From the NCBI RefSeq assembly GCF_046119375.1, contig NW_027362765.1:63178001-63242000 (forward strand): DNA of 64,000 nt, read 5' to 3'. The notes under the pieces are model-generated. The model was given only the letters and a program-made list of their open reading frames with translations, had not been told where the DNA came from and made no database searches. Both the position numbers and the translations under genes were made by a program. Shown here piece after piece: positions 12,401 through 25,435 of the stretch; position 1 is the stretch's first letter; each line of letters opens with the position of its first letter. This stretch comes from Phyllobates terribilis. Taxonomy: Eukaryota.

Positions 12401-15400
12401 CAAGGCACAGATCAGGCCCAGGTTACAAAAGAATTTCTGCATTACTCAATGTTCCTAAGGGCACAGTGGCCTCCATAATCCTTAAATGGAAGAAGTTTGG
12501 GACCACCAAAAGTCTGCCTAGACCTGGCCGTCCAGCCAAACTGAGCAATTGTGGGAGAAGAGCCTTGGTGAAAGAGGTAAAGAAGAACCCCAAGATCACT
12601 ATGGCTGAGCTCCAGAGATGCAGTAGGGAGATGGGAGAAAGCTCCACAAAGTCAACTATCACTGCAGCCCTCCACCAGTTGGGCCTTTATGGCAGAGTGG
12701 CCCAACAGAAGCCTCTCCTCAGTGCAAGGCATATGAAAGCCTGCATAGAGTTTGCTCAAAAACACATGAACACATGAAGGACTCCCAGACCATGAGAAAT
12801 AAGATTCTCTGGTTTGATGAGACGAAGATAGAATTTTTGGTGATAATTCTAAGCGGTATGTGTGGAGAAAACCAGGCACTGCTCATCACTTGCACAATAC
12901 AATCCCAACAGTGAAACATAGTGGTGGCAGCATCATGCTATGGGGGTGTTTTTCAGCTGCAGGGACAGGACGACTGGTTGCAATTGAAGGAAACATGAAT
13001 GCAGCCAAGTACAGAGATATCCTGGATGAAGAGTGCTCTGGACCTCAGACTTGGCCTTCCAACAAGACAATGACCCTAAGGCTATGTGTCCACGAAGCAG
13101 AAATTAAGCAGAAAATTTCCGCTTCATTTCTGCATCTCCTTGGCCGGAAAAACGCGCGTGGAATTCGACACGCGTTTTTTGCGCGTTTTGCACATGTGGA
13201 ATTGCCTTGCATTTTCTAATGCATTGTTGATGGCAATTCCGCATGCGTAAACGCACACATAATGGACATGCTGCGGAATTTTCCGCACATCAAAAGCACT
13301 GCGGAAAATTCCGCAGCATGGGCATTGAACTTGCGGATTTACATTGGGGACCATGGGAGAAGGATTGCCAAGCATTTCCCAAGTGTTTACGCTGCAAAAT
13401 TTCCGCAGCAAAATCGCTTGAAAAACGCATCGTGGGCACGGACCCTAACACACAGCTAAAATAACAAAGAAGTGGCTTCAGAACAACTCTGTGACCATTC
13501 TTGACTGGCCCAGCCAGAGCCCTGACCTAAACCCAATTGAGCATCTCTGGATAGACCTGAAAATGGCTGTCCACCAACATTCACCATCCAACCTGACGGA
13601 ACTGGAGAGGATCTGCAAGGAAGAATGGCAGAGAATCCCCAAATCCAGGTGTGAAAAACTTGTTGCATCATTCCCAAGAAGACTCATGGCTGTACTAGCT
13701 CAAAAGGGTGCTTCTACTCAATACTGAGCAGAGGGTCTGAATACTTATGACCATGTGATATTTCAGTTTTTATTTTTTAATAAATTTGCAAACATTTCTA
13801 TATTTCTGTTTTTTTTCAGTCAAGATGAGGTGCAGAGTGTACTTTAATGAGAAAAAAAAATGAACTTGTTAGAATTTACCAAATGGCTGCAATGAAACAA
13901 AGAGTGAAACATTTAAAGGGGTCTGAATACTTTCCGTATCCACTGTATATTTAATCCAGAGATATGTTTTTAAAAGTGCAGTAAAGCAGGGTGCGCTGTG
14001 CATTTCCACATTCCTAAGAAAAGCAAATACCTGGAGTAAAGCTGGCTATACATAATTATAGGGCACTACATAGTTACTGTACCTCCAAATACTTTTTGTG
14101 TTTTTTTTTCAAGCTTGTTCACTCAACCAAGTCAACAATGTACTCGAACTCCACAACAATAAAAAAGGTCATTGTATATGATATACCAGTCACATGTTAT
14201 CCTGTATATAACATTGGATGTCTGTGCACATAGTATACCACACACAGTATATAAGAGAATACATGACTGGTATATAGAGAAAGGGAATCAATTCGCAGGC
14301 CCGTGGTAAGGGGACCAAGTCAGTATTCTGTAGCGGCTGAATGTGAGCCCTGTGACCCTCCTACCTGATGGCACACTTGGCTTTTGTAGCCTGCCCTGAT
14401 GTCATGAATGTGTTATGCTGAAAAAATGTTGTTGCGCCAGGCTGCAAATCAAAAGAGGAGATGCTGGTAAGCAGGAGGAGGACCACAGGGTCCCACAGGG
14501 TGGCCACGGACTACAGATGTGGCTGCTGAACCAGGGTCCTGTGAATAGATTCGTTCATCTGTATTGATATACGATATGTGAGGACTACCGAACATCAGAT
14601 GTCATACTGGCGGCATATAGCACCTGCAGGAGCACAATGATTGCAGTCACAGAGGGTGCGACTATGACCAAGCCTGGGGAGTCAGGGGGCCGCCTACACC
14701 TGCCCTGTGTGCAACTGAATGTGCTCTAGTGACCACTGGCCTATCAGAGGCAGCAGGTGATGTCAGCATGCCTGTTGAGTACGGTGCTTGACGTCACTGC
14801 CATGTGCCGCTCGTCCCATCTACAACAGCTATGGAGGAGAAAGAAGACGCTGCTTGCCCCGGGAGCGAGGAAAGGTGAGAGGAAATGTTTATTTTTTTGT
14901 GTTTAAATGTTTTTGAGAAAAGCGTCAGGAGAGGGACATTATTGCAGGACAGGGCCATTCTAACATACATGGCCCAGAGCATGGATATTATTATAGGATA
15001 TGGCCAGGACAGGGGACATTATTACAAGGGCCCATTGATCTCATCAACATGTTGGTGGGGGCCCCCAGTCTAAATTTTGCATTGGGGCCCATAGGACTCT
15101 GGTTACACCACTCACCATCTGACGTCTGTGCACACAGTACAGCATAGCCAGTGTACAGATTAGTATTTACTATATTGTAGCTACAGACATCAGATGGTAT
15201 ATAATAATATGTACACTAGATGTGTTATAATGTATACATACACAATGTTATATGCACTGACTGATTCTGGCTATAGGACCTCACATGCTATAATATATAG
15301 TTATAAATATATATGATGTCCTGTAGTCTGAGGATCAGTCATTATTGTTATTAGAGAAAACTTGTTATGGCTCAGAAGGAGAGACATCTGTACAAAGTTA

Positions 15401-16954
15401 TGTAAAAAAGAGAATTTGTGCTAAAACTTTATGAGTTAAATCCATGTAAAAACTCTCTGTGAAAATGCCCTAAAAACTTCAACATATGAGTAGAACCTGT
15501 GACTTCTCGGCATTTAGTGGTCACTACTCACCTGGGCGGTTATCTGTAGGAATCTCCTCTTTACACCGCTCATCAACCATCACATATGTCTCTGTAGTAA
15601 TAATATGGGGCAGATCTTTACCCTGAAATTAAAATTGAAAAAGTCGGAGACAAATTAGGACGTTTGGTGAAATGATTTGAAGAACAAAAAAGATTAAAAA
15701 GCTGCAGGTCACCTCTATAAATCCAACCTGTTGGCTCCTAATTCAAACCAGAAAATATATGAGAACATCCAGACATCTATTGTCTATAATCCTATTATCT
15801 TCATCAAGTATAAAATATAAACTGAATGGCCACATTATTAGAGACACCCATCTCATCTACTAGCACATTGGATCTTCTTTTCCCTTCAGAACCTCAGCAT
15901 TACGACTGGTCATACATTCCACCAGTTGAAGAAATAGTTACGCAAGAATATTGGCCATAAGGACAGGATAGCTTCTCACAGTTTATGCAAATTAGACAAA
16001 GGTAACAACATGCTCTGCCTCATCCTAGAGCTGCTTTAAAGAATTAAGATATTGGGCACTGTGAAGGCTGAGGAAGTAAGAAAAACTGGTGGATAAAACA
16101 AGACTGAACACAAGACCTTCACAGCCTTCTACACATCATATGGGAGATCTCATGACACCTTCTCTCCATCTACCTGATGATCCTGAGGAATATTGGGATT
16201 TTGATTTTCTTGTTTGCAGTCCTGTGGAAGTAGAGGACGGGGACATCTCTCTGGTGTTGTCCTCTTACTGGATAGAACTGGAGGAAACACATACAGGGAC
16301 TGAATTAATTTCTTACTTACAGATAATTAAAGGCCGTGTGTATTTAGTCCTGTCTATTACCTGGTGCTGTGAGGGGCTGAGGAACCTCCATCATGACGTC
16401 CTTGTACAGATCTTTGTGTCCTTCTAAATACTCCCACTCCTCCATGGAGAAATAGATGGTGACATCCTGACACCTTATAGGAACCTGACACATATAATGA
16501 TACAGTCATAAGCCTGATCCCTCCATAGCATTACTGTATAATGTCCCAGCATTCCCAACAGTGTCACCTCTCCAGTCAGAAGCTCAATCATCTTGTAGGT
16601 GAGTTCTAGGATCTTCTGGTCATTGATGTCCTCATGTATCAGGGGGTGAGGTAAAGGCCCCGTGATTGGGCTCAGGGGTCTTCCCCATCCCTCAGACACA
16701 GGGGCCTGACAGCGCTCTCTAGAGGTCTTCTTCACTACTGTGTAATCCTGGTTATGGAGAGACACATTAATAAATCTCACTACAGACATATCCAGAGTCC
16801 TCACCTCTCCAGTTCTGTCCATCTGTTATTCCCATAGATAAGAATGATGTAATGTGACGTCATCAGAATCTCTCACCTCTCCAGTAAGCCGGAAGAGGAT
16901 CTCTAGGGTGAGGTATAATATCCTCTCCGCCATCTTGTCCCTGTCTCTATCCAT
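8317..16954 (-). CDS. FAX/KRAB-like C2H2 zinc-finger protein (XlCGF/XlCOF-type), 6 coding exons, predicted 563 aa
   Basis: Exons 16954-16877 ([26 protein letters not shown]), 16747-16568 ([23 protein letters not shown]), 16484-16361 ([38 protein letters not shown]-like), 16277-16174, 15622-15532 and 9431-8317. All introns are GT-AG with compatible phases (0,0,1,0,1). Total 1692 nt, open to TAG. Confidence 0.9.
9963..10390. mobile_element. PIF/Harbinger-type MITE
   Basis: TIR ggatatgttctcatgcagcg / ggccatgttcacatgcagcg; TTA on both sides. Confidence 0.75.
10394..10731. mobile_element. PIF/Harbinger-type MITE adjoining the previous one
   Basis: Imperfect TIR gggtatgtgcatatgacatc / gggcatgtgcgcctgacgtc; TTA on the left. 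Confidence 0.55.
10765..10935. repeat. Short fold-back (inverted repeat) element
   Basis: cacactgtcatgattctccgctatcccagc ... gctgggaatagaggggaatcatgacagtgtg. Confidence 0.55.
11358..11772. mobile_element. Harbinger-type MITE (gggctcactcacac family), right end degraded
   Basis: TTA followed by gggctcactcacact; internally homologous to the complete copy at 42560-42944. Confidence 0.65.
11957..13945 (+). mobile_element. Tc1/mariner transposon (IR/DR type), complete ends, defective transposase
   Basis: TA TSD on both sides; about 220-bp TIRs with outer and inner gtattcagaccc repeats. Transposase [49 protein letters not shown] with stops and deletions. Confidence 0.93.
13080..13445. mobile_element. 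Harbinger-type MITE nested in the Tc1 transposase
   Basis: TAA TSD (13077-79 / 13446-48); TIR ggctatgtgtccacga / gggtccgtgcccacga; interrupts the QQDNDPKH codons. Confidence 0.88.
14800..15115. mobile_element. Probable non-autonomous hAT end fragment
   Basis: gggcccc-rich subterminal motifs ending ...ctctggttacaccact, resembling CAGTGGCGTAAC-type hAT ends. No TSD found. Confidence 0.35.
15532..16954 (-). CDS. N-terminal exon cluster (FAX boxes and KRAB-A-like box) of the zinc-finger gene
   Basis: Five short exons with canonical splice sites. The xxILxLTLEIxxLLTGE box appears twice, followed by the [16 protein letters not shown] box. Confidence 0.88.
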
Positions 16955-17221
16955 CCTTGATGGGTCAATCAGGAATATTCTCTTATATAGAAGATCTCCA
17001 CTGAGAGGATCAGATATTGTAGGGACCTGAATGGGGAGAAGATGACGATGTAACATCATAAAGATCCCATGTAAGAAATCTCCGGAGCTGTTACCGGCTT
17101 CACATGATCACTACATCCAGTCATGGCCCCGTCCTGCCCCCGGTATAACACACAATCACATTATAGTCACATACAGAGATTTATCACAGGCTCAGCACTG
17201 AGGGGTTAATAGTAATGGGGG

Positions 17222-17422
17222 ATCTCCACATACCTCCACCTGCAGAGCCGCCACCACATATATGGCTGTTCTGTGCGCACAGGACCTGTGATGAGGTCAC
17301 AGGAGGGGAGGAGTCAGGGGTCACATGATACACATTATTTTATGATTATTCCAGAATGACATCGCACAGAGCAGCCATATATCTGGTGTGCGGCGCTGCA
17401 GGTGGAGGTATGTGGAGATTCT
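17222..17422. repeat. Inverted repeat just upstream of the ZNF first coding exon
   Basis: atctccacatacctccacctgcag..atatatggctgttctgtgcg versus cgcacagagcagccatatat..ctgcaggtggaggtatgtggagat. Confidence 0.7.
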
Positions 17423-17614
17423 ATACCTGATCGGATTAGATACACAGCTCAGCAAACTATGGTGTGTAATATCAGGGGTGGGCAATTAATTTTCCTGAGG
17501 GACCACATGAGAGGCTGTGACTGTTGTGGAGGCTGAACCAATAGGCTGAATTAATTCTGCTCAATTTTATTAATAACATATTATTGATAATTATTATTTT
17601 ATAGTAACCCATTA

Positions 17615-19830
17615 GTGACCAAGCCAATTTTGACCTTAAAGGGGTTTTACCACAAACAAAAGTTCATTTTAAAAATTGGCTGTGTCTGACCGTGTACGGA
17701 ACCAGGGTTATGGAGTCGGTAAGCCAAACCTCTGACTCCTCAATTTCCATGCCACCGACTCCAACTCCCTCATACTTGGTTCATGTTTAAGTGATAAATT
17801 TACTGAAGCACAGATTCATCTCAGCTAAAAGTCTAGACCCTTAGATCAGGAATAGGACAGACATTTATAGGACATTTCATAACTTTCCCAAATTATTATG
17901 AAAAATATTCCCCACAAACTGCACTGAACTACTGTACCCAATTTATTATATATTTTAGGAGTCGGAGTTCAACTCCACCAAAATGGACACAGACTCCACA
18001 ACTCCGACTCCACAGCCCTGTACGGAACATACCACATCTCCTGGGCAGGGGAGGAAGCAAAAGACAACACAGATATTACAGCAGGGGATTCATTTTCTGA
18101 GGTAAAATATTTCACTGAATGTTTTTAAACAATATTTTACCTCATAAAATGAATCCTTTACGATCCCCTGCTCCTATTTTACCTAGCCCCACACTACTAG
18201 ATGCGCTATGTAAAATAGGATGCAGGTCAGTGAAGGCACAGTGAGCGGTCATAAGAGCATACAGATGAATAAACAGAGCACCAGATAGAGCGCCCCCCAC
18301 AGGCCACCCCGAAACACGAGCATATCATTATCTCCAAACTGAAAGTAAAGATTACACAAGAACAACAGGACGGATTTCATCAACCAATGTATGATATTAC
18401 TCAGTGTAATGTCACCCACCTGACAGTGTATGTAGTTTACTGAGCACAATCCTGCTGACAGGTGCGCTTTAAGTGCCCTCTCTGCCAAACATTTGGCCAC
18501 TTACTGCAGTTTAGGCACAGTGGGGCTCAGGAGGGGGCATTTGGATTTAGGAGCGCAGAATTTAGGATTTGAGGGAGCGAGGAGCCATGTGGCTTTTCCA
18601 GAGTCTTTGCTCTACCAGTAGCGTGGGAAGTGAACCCCTATAGTTCCAGTGACAGATGACGGACCTGAGTGGGGGCTGGTTTTGTGCGAGATAAATTAAA
18701 GTTTTTATTGGTAACATTTTGGGGTACATAATATTTTTTGATTGCTTTCAGTATAAGGCTGGATCACATTCTCGTGTTCTACACTGAGCATTTACGTTGG
18801 AGTTTCCGTGTAAATCCCACAAAAAATACGATTCAGACTAAACCCCCGAACGTAACCACCCACCATAATGAGGCAGATGGAGACACTTTGACATCTGCTC
18901 AGGTAGTATTCATCTTTTTAGGTGTGCACAGATCTGTGGTTGCCCACACTTGTGCACTAAAAAGGCACCTAAAATGATGGGACACCGCCGGAACAGAGAC
19001 CAGTCAAAAGTAACTCCATCTACCTCATAAGTGAGTGCTTCTGTCCAGGATTTTGTCTGAATGCAGTTTTTGGAAATCTACACGGAAACCCCAATGTTAG
19101 TGCTCAGAGGACAGGATAAATATGAGCCGAGCCTTATTCCTATTTTTGGGAGGTAGAATGAACAAATAGACAGCAGTACAAGAATAGTTCTTATTTTTAT
19201 TTTTGCACGGTTCACTGCGGTATAAGTGATAAGGCGGATTTATTCTTCGGGTCGGTGCGATTATAGCGATACCAGATTTATATTGTTGGGGTTTTTTAAG
19301 GTTTTGCTGCTATCCTACAGTGAAAATGCATTTTTATAAAAAGTATTTTTTTTCGCCACCATATTCTGAGAGCTGTAACTCTTATTTTTTGTCGAACACA
19401 GCTATATGAGGGCTTATTTTTTGCGGGACGAGTTGCAGATTTTTTGGGTACCATTTTGGGGCACATAGTAATTTTTAGGATCTCTTTTTATTCAGACACA
19501 GAATTTTATTCAGACACTATTTTTCAAACACGGAATTAATAAAAACCAGCAATTTAATTATTGTCTTTATTTTTTGCACCGTTCACCGTGCTGTAAAAGT
19601 GATAAGACCGATTTGTTCGTCGGGTCGGCACGATTACAACAAAACCTGATTTATATTGTTTTTTTATGCTTTGCTATTTTCACAGACTAAAATCAAAACT
19701 GAATTTATTTTTGTTTTGCCATATTCTGAGAGCTGTAACTTTTTCATTTTTTTTTGCCAAATGAGCCATATTAGGGCTTGTTTTACATGCGGCTTTTTGA
19801 TCTCTTTTTAGGTAAAGTGGACATAATTTC
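17615..19830. mobile_element. Composite of piggyBac-like non-autonomous element fragments with a nested Kolobok/T2 piece (from 17640) and a Harbinger MITE (18757-19133)
   Basis: aacccattagtgaccaagcc start; TTAA-AGGGGTT end at 17640; repeated gagctgtaact / gggcttatttttgcgggacgag blocks shared with 49976-51045. Confidence 0.45.
17703..18020. mobile_element. hAT MITE
   Basis: TIR cagggttatggagtcgg / cagggctgtggagtcgg; 8-bp TSD tacggaac (17695-17702 and 18021-18028). Confidence 0.92.
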
Positions 19831-20579
19831 ACACAAAACCCCAAAAATTGGCTGGACAAAATTGTTGGCACCCTCAACTTAATATTTGGTTGTGCACCCT
19901 TTGGAATAAATAACTGCAATCAATCGCTTCATATAACCATCAACAAGCTTCTTACACCTCACAAATGGAATTTTGGACCACTCTTCCAGGTCTCTCATAT
20001 TTGAAGGGCGCCTTCTCCCAACAGCAATTTTTAGATCTCTCCACAGGTGTTCAATGGGATTTATATCCGGACTCATTGCTGGTCACTTCAGAACTCACCT
20101 TTTCAATCAAGTTCTGGGTGCTTCTTGAAGTATGTTTTGGGTCATTGTCCTGCTGGAAGGCCCATGACTTAGGACGCAAATCCAGCTTTGTGACACTGGT
20201 CAACCCATTGCGACCCAAAATCCGTTGGTAATCTTCAGATTTCATGATGCCGTGCACACAGACAAAGGCAGAATATAACCCCCAAAATCTTTGAATCTTC
20301 ATCATATTTGACTGTAGGTACTGTGTTCTTTTCTTTGTAAGCCTCATTCCGTTTTTGGTAAACAGTAGAATGATATTCTTTTCCAAAAAGCTGTATCTTG
20401 GTCTCATCTGTTCACAAGTCTCTTTCCCATAAGGATTTTGGTTTACTCATATACATTTTGGCTACGTGCAGTTTAGATTTTTTATGTTTCTGTGTCAGCA
20501 GAGACCCTCTTGGGTCTCTTCCCATAGAGTTTCATTTCATTCAAATGTCTACGGATAGTTTGCGCTGACACTGATGCTT

Positions 20580-21546
20580 TGCCACGCTGAAGGTGAGGCG
20601 ACGCCCAGCCTGTGGCACATCCACAAGGGGAACACCAGGGAAGACGTACAATGAAGGCCCTGGCGATAGGGAGAGGGAAGAGGGGTTACCTAACACAGGG
20701 CTCGACAAACCCAGGCGCCTGGTCGCCAGTGGCGCCTAGAAAATGTTGTCTGGCGCCTAGAAAATGTTGCCTGGTGCTTGAGGAGTTGAGAAGAAAAAAA
20801 AATACTCTCAATCCAATCCCACCTCCTGCACGGAGTCATCCAATCGGAGGAAGCAGGGACAGTATCGCTCAGGCCGCCTTCTCCACTTTGCTCCGCCCCC
20901 CTTATGCTCCGGGACTGGACAGGGAGAGTTGGGTTACGGGGGAAGGATCGCTGTGGCCGGGGGCCCGTTCTCATCTCCCGCTACCTGTGTAAGTACATAC
21001 AAAGGCCGTGCTCCCCGGAGAGACGCCGTGTGTGAGTTTTTTTTTTTGTTAAATTAAAAACCAAGTTTGCTTAAAAAAAATTCTGGCTCCTAAATTTTTT
21101 GGCTGGCTCCTAGATTCTGTACAACTTTGTCGACCCCTGACCTAACATAAGACTGAGTCAGATCCCTGCACTCCTTATCGTTCCTAGATGGGTCTTTCCC
21201 TACGTGCGCAATCACATGCCTAAGCCCTTACTGGCCCTGAACTTACCCCGTCTAGTGCATAGGTCAGCGAGACACTAGTCCCATTTCTACAATAAGACAA
21301 ATAGTGGGATAAGACACAACCAATAGCACTCCTCAGCTTCTCCTACAGGAAACTCAGAACGAACAGCACAGCTTATCCAGAGACTGGCTCCTTCAAAGAG
21401 GTCAGTATAGAAGAACTATTACCGGTGAGGAATGAAGCTGGAAGTGCGTTTATATAGTGGAAGGGAGTGGTCACAAGGTGCTGCAGCTGAATACTCAAGC
21501 TACAAGTTCACAGCCAGGAGGAAAATAGTCCTTAACCCTTTCAGCA
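20580..21546 (-). mobile_element. Probable solo Gypsy-type LTR
   Basis: TG...CA ends on the minus strand; TATAAA-like motif near 21450; interrupts the Tc1. No TSD recovered. Confidence 0.45.
20696..21139. mobile_element. hAT (Charlie-like) MITE nested in the LTR-like insert
   Basis: TIR cagggctcgacaaa / caggggtcgacaaa; 8-bp TSD acctaaca (20688-95 and 21140-47). Confidence 0.92.
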
Positions 21547-21892
21547 CCGAATGAAAGTAAATATACTCCAATTCAAAGTAAACGTCAAATGGCCACTACA
21601 GAGGACATGCACTGTGAGCCTACAGGACAGCTTAAATTTCTTTGGAACTTGATGGGGCTACTTATCCACCATCTGGACTATCCTACACTACAACCTTTTA
21701 TCAGTTTTTTTCTGCTGTTCACGTCCAGGAAGATTAGCTACAGTGCCATTGGTTGTAAACTTCTTAATTATGTTGCGCACCGTGGTCAAAGGAACTTCAA
21801 GATCTCTGGAGATGGATTTGTAACCTTGAGATTGTTGATATTGTTCAGCAATTTTGGTTCTCAAGTCCTCAGATAGCTTTCTTCTCCCTTTT

Positions 21893-22049
21893 NNNNNNNN
21901 NNNNNNNNNNNNNNNNNNNNNNNNNNNNNNNNNNNNNNNNNNNNNNNNNNNNNNNNNNNNNNNNNNNNNNNNNNNNNNNNNNNNNNNNNNNNNNNNNNNN
22001 NNNNNNNNNNNNNNNNNNNNNNNNNNNNNNNNNNNNNNNNNNNNNNNNN
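21893..22049. other. Assembly gap (157 N)
   Basis: Run of n. Confidence 1.
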
Positions 22050-22586
22050 CTCCCTTTTTATCTGGTTTCTGTTGTGATTTTCATATTGTTCACACCTGAT
22101 AATTGCCACAGGTATGATTGAATGAGTATCACATGCTTGAAAGAAATTTTTACCCACAATTTTGGAAAAGTGCCAACAATTTTGTTCTGGCCATTTTTGG
22201 AGATTTATTTAAAATTATGTCCAATTTTCCTTTTTTTTGTGTTCCAATACACACAAAGGTAATAAACGTGTATAATAAAACACATGTAATTGAAATAATT
22301 TTCTAGGAGAAATACTTTATTTTTTTGAACAATTTCAAGGGTGCCAACACTTTTTGCCATGACTGTGGTTTTGTGCTTGTGGGGCAGCGCAGTTTGGAGT
22401 CACGGGGACTCAATCTTGAAGCATGGGTGCTGTGAGGCATCAGGCCACCCGCCCTGCTGGTACATTGTCGCTGCGACTGTTGTTGGCGCACGACGCTCCT
22501 CCTTTAAGGCAAAAAACGTTAGGGACCCACTAAGAGGTTTGCCGTGATGAGGCAGTGGGCTTCATACAGTCTGATCAGAATGTTAA

Positions 22587-22780
22587 AGGGGTTGTCCAGT
22601 ACTTTTTTTTAAGTTGCCCAATGTATTCAGCACGTGGGCATAAGTATCTCTGTAAATACCTTGTGTTGCAGATGATGCCTGTGAGCGGCGCTATCACTGG
22701 CCATTCACAGGCATCACGTGACCCCACGATGACGTCACGACAAGTGAAGCGTGACTCAACGTTGGGGTCCTCTCGGTTGC
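22587..22780. mobile_element. Kolobok/T2-family fragment
   Basis: TTAA followed by AGGGGTTGTCCAG terminus; truncated on the right. Confidence 0.5.
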
Positions 22781-22781
22781 T

Positions 22782-25383
22782 GCTGATCTTAAATGTTTCA
22801 GATAAAAAAACAAATTTAAATATTTGACAAAAGAGAACACAAAATCCAGTTTTTAAATGAAGTTCTTTATTATTAAGGGAAAAAGAAATCCAAATCTACA
22901 GGGACCTGTGTAAAAAAGTGATTGCCCCCTAAACCTAACAACTGGTTGGGCTACCCTTAACAGCAACAACTGCAATCAAGTGTTTGTGATAACTGGCAAT
23001 GAGTCTTTACAACGCTCTGGAGGAATTTTGGCCCACTCACCTTTGCAAAATTGTTGTAATTCAGCCACATTGGAGGGTTTCCGAGCATGAACCTCCTTTT
23101 TAAGGGCATGTCACACCATCTCAATCGGATTAAGGTCAGGACTTTGACTAGGCCACTCAAAAGTCTTAATTTTGTTTTTCTTAAGCCATTCAGAGTTGGG
23201 CTTGCTGGTATGTTTTGAATCATTGTCCTGCTGCATAACCCAAGTACGCTTCAGCTTGAGGTCATGAACAGATGGCCGGACATTTCCTCCTTCAGGATTT
23301 TTTGGTAGACAGAATTCATGGTTCCATTTACCACAGCAAGTCTTACAGGTCCTGAAGCAGCAAAACAGTCTCAGACGATCACAATACCACCACCATCATA
23401 TTTTGCTATTAGTATGATGTTCTTTTTCTGAAATGCTGTTACCTCTACGCCAGATGTAATGGGACATAAACCTTCCAAAAAGTTAAACTTTTGTCTCTTC
23501 AGTCCACAGAATATTCTCCCAAAAGTCTTAGTGATCATCAAGATGTTTTCTGGCAAAAAACTGAGACAAGCCTTAGGCTGTGTGCCCACGATGCATTTTT
23601 TAAGTGTTTCCGCAGCGGCAAAAACGCTGCAGAAATGCTTAAAAAATTCATGGTAGAAGGCCTGCCATGTTCCCCAATGATAATCCACATGTGCTGTGCA
23701 CATGCTGCGGAAATTTCCGCTCCGGATTATCATTGCGGAAAAAAACGCAGCACTACCAATTATTTTGCGGAATTTCTCTGTTTTCACCGCCATTGACTTG
23801 CATTAGAACGCATGGATTACGCATCACTGCATATGTAGATGCACATTCCACGCGTTCCAATGTGCGGATGGTACCCAGCTCTAGAGGAGAGGAGACTCTC
23901 CTCCGGACCCGGGTACCATAGAAACTGTAAAAAAAGAATGAAATAAAAAATAAATATGATACTTACCTTCTGACGGCCCCCGGTAGGCTCGTCCTCCCTT
24001 GCCGGCAAATCGCGATGGACTGAAGGACCTGCGCTGACGTCATAGTCATGTGACGGGTCACGCGACGCTGACGTCGGCAGGTCCTTCAGTGCAGTGTACC
24101 GCGATCTGCCGGCAGTCAGCACCGAGCGAAGCAAGACACCGGGGGCCATCAGAGGGTAAGTATAGATTTATTTTTTATTTTTTTACATTCTCTCGGGTCA
24201 CACTATATAAATCCATGCCGTTTGCATGGATTTATATAGTGTGACCAAGTTGACAAGCACTTTCCAAGTGATGCTAAAATCGCTTGGAAAGCGCTTGTCA
24301 ACCCGCATGCGGAAATGCATGTGAAGAACGCTTCACATCCGTATGTCCCTGGCAGGAAAAACGCATGTACAATCCGCATGTGTTTTTTTCTGCCAGGGAG
24401 ATGCATAAACACTCAGGAAAAATCCGGAGCATTTCTGCATCGTGGGCACATAGCCTTAACGTTCTTTTTGCTCAGCAGTGGTTTTCATCTTGGAACTTTG
24501 CCATGCAGGCCATTTTTGCCCAGTCTCTTTCTTATGGTGGAGTCATGAACACTGACCTTAACTGAGGCAAGTGAGGCCTGTAGTTCTTTGGATGTTGTTG
24601 TGGGGTCTCTTGTAACCTCTTGGATGAGTCGTTAAAAGATTAAAAATGGTAATTTGATGCAAAAAATAAAGTTCATCTAATAATATAATGTCATTGGATG
24701 AACTTTATTTTTTACATCAAGTTGCCATTTTTAATCTTTGGATATCAATAAATGAATTGTTATTGGAGCTGAATTACCTTTTCTTCTATCAATTTGGTAC
24801 ACGTCTGGTCAGGACGCCTATCCGTGCTCAATCGGATGAACTTATGAACTGCTGCAGGTGAGCTGGCAATACCTTCCCTTTGAAGGTTTACCACTGTTCC
24901 ATGTTTTTGCCATTTGTGGATAATGGCTCTCGCTGTGGTTCGCTGGAGTCCAAAGCTTTAGGAATGGCTTTAAAACCTTTTCGAGACTGATAGATCTCAA
25001 TTACTTTGTTTCTCATTTGTTCCTGAATTTCTTTGGATCGCAGCATGATGTCTAGCTTTTGAGGATCTTTTGGTCTACTTCACTTTGTCAGACAGATCCT
25101 ATTTAAGTGATTTGTCGATTAAGAACAGGTGTGGCAGTAATCAGGCCTGTGTGGCTAGGGAAATTGAACTCCGCTTCCCAATGATATGATAAACCGCAGT
25201 TAATTTATGTGTAAGGGTGGAAGGCAATCACTTATTCACCCAGGGTCCTGTAGGATTAAATTTCTTTTTCCCTTAATAATAAAGACCTTCATTTAAAAAC
25301 TGTATTTTGTGTTTACTTGTGTTATCTTTGTCTAATATTTAAATTTGAAATCAGGAAGAGGCAAACATTTTTTCACACCACTG
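22782..25383 (-). mobile_element. Tc1 transposon, decayed, with nested inserts
   Basis: Long TIRs (tttttaaatgaag..taagggaaaaagaaatc versus its complement at 25250-25383); ends cacaccactg-TA; minus-strand transposase fragments ([13 protein letters not shown]). Confidence 0.85.
23576..24455. mobile_element. Harbinger-type MITE, 880 bp, complete
   Basis: TTA TSD; 20-bp TIR ggctgtgtgcccacgatgca with 1 mismatch; internal hairpin ggtcacactatataaatccatgc/gcatggatttatatagtgtgacc at about 24196-24246. Confidence 0.92.
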
Positions 25384-25435
25384 TATATTCTATACTGGCG
25401 TGCATTTGAAATTTATTTTCTTATAAAATGCTATA

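Larger units (their letters stand above)
19830..22354 (-). mobile_element. Tc1 transposon, decayed, interrupted by an LTR-like insert and an assembly gap
   Basis: Minus-strand fragments QQDNDPKHT, SPDINPIEHLWRDLK..KGCTTKY; N-terminus at about 21700-21870; TIR motif gtgccaaca at both ends. Confidence 0.85.
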
